A stretch of 32,000 nucleotides of DNA. Source: Candidatus Omnitrophota bacterium (lineage in GTDB: Bacteria > Omnitrophota > Gorgyraeia > Zapsychrales > JANLHA01). Position numbers and translations under genes: made by a program. Below, in pieces: positions 27,092 through 32,000 of this stretch (position 1 is the stretch's first letter; every line of letters begins with the position of its first letter). Under the pieces are notes generated by a model. The model was not told the origin of the DNA. It saw only the letters and a program-made list of their open reading frames with translations, and ran no database searches. The stretch covers positions 2,820,001 to 2,852,000 of the forward strand of contig OY759724.1 of NCBI GenBank assembly GCA_963662715.1, given 5' to 3'.

Positions 27092-28063
27092 TCACTCCTT
27101 TTGCCCGGGGGCATGAGACGGTTTGTTTTTTATAAGACGTTCTATAAAATCAAGGATATCCTTTTCCAGCTTGACCTGGCCCAGGCGGTTCATTTCCTGC
27201 AGGCAGGTCGGAGAGGTGACATTGACTTCAATAAGGAAATCTCCAATAATATCAATACCTACAAAATAAAGTCCCAAGCGGAATAAATGAGGTTTGAGGG
27301 TCCGGATAATGTGCCGGTCGCGGTCCGAGATATCGGCCGGGTGAGGCTGGCCGCCGGAGAAAAAATTGTTGCGGTGGTCCGTCGGAGGGTGGCGTCTCAA
27401 GACCGCTCCGAGCGGTTCGCCGTTCAGAAGAAGAATGCGTTTGTCCCCGTGCCCGGCCTCCGGAACATATGGCTGCAGGATAATGTCGCGGGTAAAGCCG
27501 TGTGTTAATGTCTCCAAAATGACATTTTTGTTTGAGTCGTCCGCCAGGATACGAAAGACCGCCTGCCCGCCGAAGCCGTCCGTGGGTTTTCCTATAACGC
27601 TGTTATGCTTTTGAATGAAATCAGACAAAATTCCCTTGTCCCGGGATAAAAGGGTCGGAGGGATTAAGTCCGGGAACTGCATCGGCCAGATTTTTTCATT
27701 GGCTGTCCTGATGCCTTCAGGGCGGTTTATGATGGTGATGTTCTCCGGCAACTGCTGTAAAAGCCAGGTATGCATCAGGTAGTCATAATCAAAGGGCGGG
27801 TCTGTGCGGATCATGAGGCCGTCGAGATTTTCGTCGTTTAAAAGGGCGGGGCCTTTAATAAGGAAGGGGGTGTTTTTATCATCCTGAGGAATGACTTCCT
27901 GCCCCCGGAATTTAAAACAGCCGGGACTTTCATGAGAGATCCCCCCTTTAGGCAAGAAAAAAACCCGGTGTCCCCGGCGGTAAGCTTCAAGCATTATGAC
28001 AAAAGTCGTGTCTTTTTCAAAGATCACTGACTCGAGGGGATCCATCAGGAAGGCGAGGTTCAT
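27092..28063 (-). CDS. gshB: glutathione synthetase (prokaryotic ATP-grasp type)
   Basis: 323 aa. The N-terminus MNLAFLMDPLESVIFEKDTTFVIMLEAYRRGH parallels E. coli GshB (IVMDPIANINIKKDSSFAMLLEAQRRGY). It also has GKPTDGFGGQAVF and EVNVTSPT. Confidence 0.9.
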   Translation of the reverse strand: MNLAFLMDPLESVIFEKDTTFVIMLEAYRRGHRVFFLPKGGISHESPGCFKFRGQEVIPQDDKNTPFLIKGPALLNDENLDGLMIRTDPPFDYDYLMHTWLLQQLPENITIINRPEGIRTANEKIWPMQFPDLIPPTLLSRDKGILSDFIQKHNSVIGKPTDGFGGQAVFRILADDSNKNVILETLTHGFTRDIILQPYVPEAGHGDKRILLLNGEPLGAVLRRHPPTDHRNNFFSGGQPHPADISDRDRHIIRTLKPHLFRLGLYFVGIDIIGDFLIEVNVTSPTCLQEMNRLGQVKLEKDILDFIERLIKNKPSHAPGQKE

Positions 28064-29343
28064 TTTATTCCTGCCTCAAGGTAGATGATTTCCCTGTGGG
28101 CGGCCAGAGCCGCAATCCGGGCCAGCAGGCGGTACACATCGAATATATTGATGTCATGCGGCACGCCGCAGTCATTGTATTGCGGAAGATGAGGGCACAT
28201 TTTTTTAAAGCCCATGCCTTTGGAATTGAGGTTGTCCCGGTTGCTTTTCCCGGAGTGATAGCGGTAAAATCCGCCCAGCAGATTATTTTCAACCTGGTAA
28301 ATGACGACCTCGCTGACCTGTTGATCAACATGGTGGATCGTGGGGACCCCTTCCTGCAGAAGATAGGTGTCTATGGCCTGGGCCCCTTTCCCTTTATAAA
28401 GTTTATTGCGTTTTTTCCGGCTAAGCTGGAGGATTTGCGCCGGTTCCTCGAGAGCCATCACCCCCATACCATAGGTCCCGGAATCAGCTTTAAGGACAAT
28501 ATACGGTTTTTCTTTGACATGATGTTCCTGATATTTCAGGGTGATTTCATGGAACAAATCTCCGGCAGCGCGGTACAGCTTTAAACGGTCCTGTTCCTGG
28601 TTGATGTCAACATGCTTTACGGAAGTGTACAGGCAGGAAAAGAACCAGGGGTCCAGGTTTATCAGGCCTGCGAACTCATGAAGGAGTTCATTGCTTAATT
28701 GGAAATGATGTGATTTCTTCCTCGAATGCCATCCGGCCTGGGTGGAAGGGTAGATCGGGATCCGGGACTGTTTAAGAATGTCGGGTATCCCGTTGATGAG
28801 GTCGTTGTTCATGATAATCAGATCAAAGGCTATTTCCTGTTTTTCAAAATCCTGCAGTAATTTCCTGAAACAATGGATTTTTACCGACTCTCCGGTTGCT
28901 GTCTCCAAAACAACATAACTTGTTTTTTCACAGAAACGCGGTTCAACGGTCAAAAATGTGGCGATCTTGCTGGAGAACCCTGCATCTCTGATGATTTTTT
29001 GCAGGACAAGAATATTTTGTAAATACCAGGTGTTCCGCGTATGTTCTTCCGCGATGATCAGAACGTTCTGGCAGTGAGGAACGCGCCGTAAGATCGCTTC
29101 CCGCATGAAATGGACGGAGTCGCTTAAACCATGTTCACAGAGATTGTTGAATCCGGCCGGGAAAAGGTTGGTATCCACCACCGCCGTTTTAAATCCGGAA
29201 TCCCGGATATCAACGGAAGAATATAAAGGCAGTTCCAGGACGGATTCGTATTTCTGGAGCCAGGCAAGGATTTGGTCCTGTTTGCTTTTGATCCGTTCGA
29301 TAAATAACGGGTAGATTTGGCTGTCGGCCAGCGTTGAATTCAT
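28060..29343 (-). CDS. gshA: probable glutamate--cysteine ligase of the rare 'T. ferrooxidans-type' family
   Basis: 427 aa overlapping gshB by 4 nt, so the two are translationally coupled. It has an ATP-grasp-like block IVLKADSGTYGMGVM. The block YSSVDIRDSGFKTAVVDTNLFPAGFNNL matches my recollection of the TIGR02049-type GshA family. The call is by recollection and context, not by search. Confidence 0.55.
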   Translation of the reverse strand: MNSTLADSQIYPLFIERIKSKQDQILAWLQKYESVLELPLYSSVDIRDSGFKTAVVDTNLFPAGFNNLCEHGLSDSVHFMREAILRRVPHCQNVLIIAEEHTRNTWYLQNILVLQKIIRDAGFSSKIATFLTVEPRFCEKTSYVVLETATGESVKIHCFRKLLQDFEKQEIAFDLIIMNNDLINGIPDILKQSRIPIYPSTQAGWHSRKKSHHFQLSNELLHEFAGLINLDPWFFSCLYTSVKHVDINQEQDRLKLYRAAGDLFHEITLKYQEHHVKEKPYIVLKADSGTYGMGVMALEEPAQILQLSRKKRNKLYKGKGAQAIDTYLLQEGVPTIHHVDQQVSEVVIYQVENNLLGGFYRYHSGKSNRDNLNSKGMGFKKMCPHLPQYNDCGVPHDINIFDVYRLLARIAALAAHREIIYLEAGIK

Positions 29344-29435
29344 CGTTCGCCTTTTTGATATTTTAGTTTATTATGATATAAAACACTGTTTATGTCGATG
29401 TTTTTCCCGAAGTCTTACATGCTTTTCCCGGACGC

Positions 29436-30395
29436 TTAATAACACTTTTGGAGTTCCGTTAATTTTTGTCGCAGTTTATCCAAATCGTTTACTTTCATCA
29501 GTTCCGAGCGGATATATCCTGCCTCGGGGAATCCCCTTAGGTAACCGATAAAATGCTTGCGAAGATGAACGGTCCCCCATCGGGGGCCTTTGTAATGAGC
29601 CGCCAATTCCAAATGTTTCAAACAAAGATCAAAACGGTCCCGGATAGACGGCCGGGGCGGCTCCTGTCCGGTTGTCAGGAAATGTTTTGTCATCTGGAAA
29701 ATCCAGGGATTGACGACGGCTTCCCGGCCGATCATAACCCCGTCACAGCCCATATTGAACAACGTTGCTGCATCAAAACAGGACCGGACATCTCCGTTGC
29801 CTATAACGGGAATGGAAACGGCTTTTTTGATTTTTTCCAGCCAAGACCAGTCCGCCCGGCCTTTATAGGCCTGACTGCGTGTCCGGCAATGAACCGAAAG
29901 GAACTGGACCCCGGCTTGTTCTGCCATCCGGGCGACGTCCAGGACGACGATGCTGTTCTGATCCCATCCCAGCCGGGTTTTAACCGTGACAGGAATTTGA
30001 GAGCTTTTTACAACGGCCTTTAGGATCCGTTCCAGCAGAGGCAGATCCCTGAGCAGCCCGGCGCCTTCTCCCCGCTGGGCATGATTTTTAGCCCAGCATC
30101 CGCAGTTAATATCAATAAAGTCCGGGTGCTGCCGGGCGGCCATTTCAGCCGCCTGCTGCACAGAGTCTTCGCGGCTTCCAAAGAGCTGAATCCCGATGGG
30201 CCGCTCATCCCCGAGAATCTTAATGCGTTGTTCGGCTTTGGGTATACGGCGGATCAAGGCTTCACAGCTGGTGAACTCGGTCATAAGCACATCCGCCCCC
30301 AATTGTTTGCATATGGCGCGAAACGGGATATCCGTAATATCATCCATAGGGGCTAAAAAGAGCGGGTTTTTAATTTCCGTTGATCCTATTCTCAT
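29436..30395 (-). CDS. dusB: tRNA-dihydrouridine synthase
   Basis: Motifs are LFLAPMDDITDIPFR, DINCGCWAK and a TIM-barrel Dus pattern. The start is trimmed to the ATG (MRIGSTEIKNPLFLAPM), the canonical Dus N-terminus. The ORF-track start at 30431 is a TTG without an RBS. Confidence 0.85.
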   Translation of the reverse strand: MRIGSTEIKNPLFLAPMDDITDIPFRAICKQLGADVLMTEFTSCEALIRRIPKAEQRIKILGDERPIGIQLFGSREDSVQQAAEMAARQHPDFIDINCGCWAKNHAQRGEGAGLLRDLPLLERILKAVVKSSQIPVTVKTRLGWDQNSIVVLDVARMAEQAGVQFLSVHCRTRSQAYKGRADWSWLEKIKKAVSIPVIGNGDVRSCFDAATLFNMGCDGVMIGREAVVNPWIFQMTKHFLTTGQEPPRPSIRDRFDLCLKHLELAAHYKGPRWGTVHLRKHFIGYLRGFPEAGYIRSELMKVNDLDKLRQKLTELQKCY

Positions 30396-30549
30396 GATGG
30401 TAGTCCGGGCTTTAATTTGGAATTCGACCAATTATACTTGATTTACCATTGTTTGCAAACATTTCATAAATAGTGTATATGTATATTTAATCCGAGTTAT
30501 GATAATATGAATTCATGAATACGGAAAATTTTGTCCCAGGAAGGATGCC

Positions 30550-31851
30550 ATGATTTTAAAACAACCGACCGTTTCCTTTTATACCCTAGGCTGCCGGGTG
30601 AATCAATCCGAGACGGCCGTTCTGCAAAATATGCTGGAAGACGACGGCTTCCGGGTCGTTGATTTTGAATCTCCGGCTCAGATTGTTGTGATCAATACCT
30701 GCACTGTTACGGCCCGGGGGGATGCTGATACAAAACGCATGGTGAACCGGATCAGCCGAAAACACCATCAGACAAAAATTGCTTTGATCGGATGTCAGTC
30801 TCAGGTTCAGGGCGCCCGGCTGGCCTCTTTGAAAAATGTGTGCTGGATCGTTGGCACAGAAGCTAAAATGGATTTGGGAGCCATTTTGAAAAACCGGCCG
30901 CAGCCGGATTCGGGGCCGCAGGTCTTTGTTTCTCCTATACGCCGCAAAAAATTCACCATGCCTTCGGGAGGGGCAGACCGTCAGCATACAAGGGCCAATT
31001 TGAAAATTCAGGACGGGTGTGATTTTTTCTGTTCGTATTGTGAAATCCCTTATGCCCGGGGCCGGCCCCGCAGCCGGGTGTATCAGGACTTGCTCAAGGC
31101 CGCCCAGAATTTGGCCGAGGCCGGGCATAAAGAGATTGTTTTAACCGGAATCAATTTGGGGTTGTACCGTGACGGGAATTATACTTTAAAGGATGTGATC
31201 GGAGATATGCAGTCCATCCCGGGACTCGCGCGGATACGGATTTCTTCCGTTGAATTCAATACGTTCCCCGACCTCTTGCTGAAACACATGTTCCCCAAAG
31301 GGAAATTATGCCGTTATCTGCATGTGCCTTTGCAAAGCGGAGAGGATGATGTTCTGCAAAGAATGAACCGGCGCTATACGACCGGAGAGTTCTCTGCCTG
31401 GCTTAAGCATGCCCGTAAACAGGTGCCGTATCTGTGTGTGGGGACAGACGTTATTGTGGGGTTCCCGGGGGAGGATGGCGATGCCTTTGATCGAACTTAT
31501 GAATTTCTGAAATCCCAGCCTTTTCAATATTTTCATGTTTTCAGTTATTCGAAAAGACAGCGGGCTAAAAGCCGGAATTTCTCCGGAGAGATTCCGGCGC
31601 ATACGATTCGTAAAAGGAGTGAAATCCTCCGGGCCTTATCTCTGCAGAAAAGAAGAGCTTTCTTTGAATCGTTGGAGGGCAAGGTTGAACCGGTCCTTTT
31701 TGAAGAGGAGAAAAACGGATGCTGGTCCGGGTTGAGTGATAATTTTGTCCGGGTAAGAGTTAAAAGCCCTTTGAACCTGAAAAATCAAATCATTCCTGTC
31801 AGGTTGGAAAAACCTGTTCAACAATATATGGTAGGGACCATGGTCCGTTGA
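30550..31851 (+). CDS. mtaB: radical-SAM methylthiotransferase, MtaB-like (tRNA t6A37 methylthiolation)
   Basis: 433 aa. It has the N-terminal UPF0004 domain (FYTLGCRVNQSE), the radical-SAM motif CDFFCSYCEIPYARG and a C-terminal TRAM-like end. The size and lack of a long N-terminal extension favour MtaB over MiaB or RimO. An AGGAAGG RBS precedes it. Confidence 0.8.
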   Translation: MILKQPTVSFYTLGCRVNQSETAVLQNMLEDDGFRVVDFESPAQIVVINTCTVTARGDADTKRMVNRISRKHHQTKIALIGCQSQVQGARLASLKNVCWIVGTEAKMDLGAILKNRPQPDSGPQVFVSPIRRKKFTMPSGGADRQHTRANLKIQDGCDFFCSYCEIPYARGRPRSRVYQDLLKAAQNLAEAGHKEIVLTGINLGLYRDGNYTLKDVIGDMQSIPGLARIRISSVEFNTFPDLLLKHMFPKGKLCRYLHVPLQSGEDDVLQRMNRRYTTGEFSAWLKHARKQVPYLCVGTDVIVGFPGEDGDAFDRTYEFLKSQPFQYFHVFSYSKRQRAKSRNFSGEIPAHTIRKRSEILRALSLQKRRAFFESLEGKVEPVLFEEEKNGCWSGLSDNFVRVRVKSPLNLKNQIIPVRLEKPVQQYMVGTMVR

Positions 31852-31875
31852 CGAAATTTTACGAGGGCAAGGAAA

Positions 31876-32000
31876 ATGTCAGTCTTTAATTTTTTTAAGC
31901 AAATTTTTCAAACCTCAAAGAAGACCGCCACAGGAAAAGAAGATGATCCTTTAACGGAGAACCCTGTGGCGCCTGCGGATTTGACGGGTGAGCCTAAGCC
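31876..32000 (+). CDS. hypothetical protein, 5' fragment (continues beyond the window)
   Basis: The ATG at 31876 is preceded by AAGGAAA. The frame stays open to the window end (MSVFNFFKQIFQTSKKTATGKEDDPLTENPVAPADLTGEPK...). It is too short to assign. Confidence 0.4.
   Translation, partial: MSVFNFFKQIFQTSKKTATGKEDDPLTENPVAPADLTGEPK

Overview
This is a bacterial chromosomal window of intermediate GC, roughly 45-50% by eye. Most genes have a clear Shine-Dalgarno site, and the content is almost entirely core biosynthesis and thiol-redox genes.

Gene order:
- Plus strand: aconitase 3' end, leuC, leuD, a frameshifted ilvD relic, aroC and an SDR oxidoreductase.
- Minus strand: an MBL-fold hydrolase.
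- Plus strand: a thioredoxin-like protein, a FIST-domain protein and thiC.
- Minus strand: an orphan 610-aa protein.
- Plus strand: a 12-kb co-directional array, bioB-trxB-menG-menF-menD-(Pif1-like helicase)-menB-menA-menC-menE. It is closed by a convergent hotdog thioesterase, probably DHNA-CoA hydrolase.
- A 320-bp structured intergenic region follows, then a small divergent IscU-like ORF.
- Minus strand: dusB, gshA-gshB-grx and ilvB-ilvN.
- Plus strand: mtaB and the start of one more ORF.

I found no tRNA or rRNA, CRISPR array, transposase, integrase, phage gene or recognisable defence or toxin-antitoxin module. I do not see convincing evidence for a novel multi-gene system.

The points most worth a second look:
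1. A Pif1-family helicase with a WYL-like tail sits inside the menaquinone operon and is translationally coupled to its neighbours.
2. An AT-richer orphan 610-aa protein appears to combine an NMO/FabK/PfaD-like TIM barrel with a Cys-rich C-terminal half.
3. A structured, terminator-ended intergenic element at about 23845-23973 could be an sRNA or a leader.
4. A degenerate IscU-like small protein lies next to that element.
5. An ilvD pseudogene relic lies between leuD and aroC.

All functional calls come from motif recognition by eye. No database search was run.
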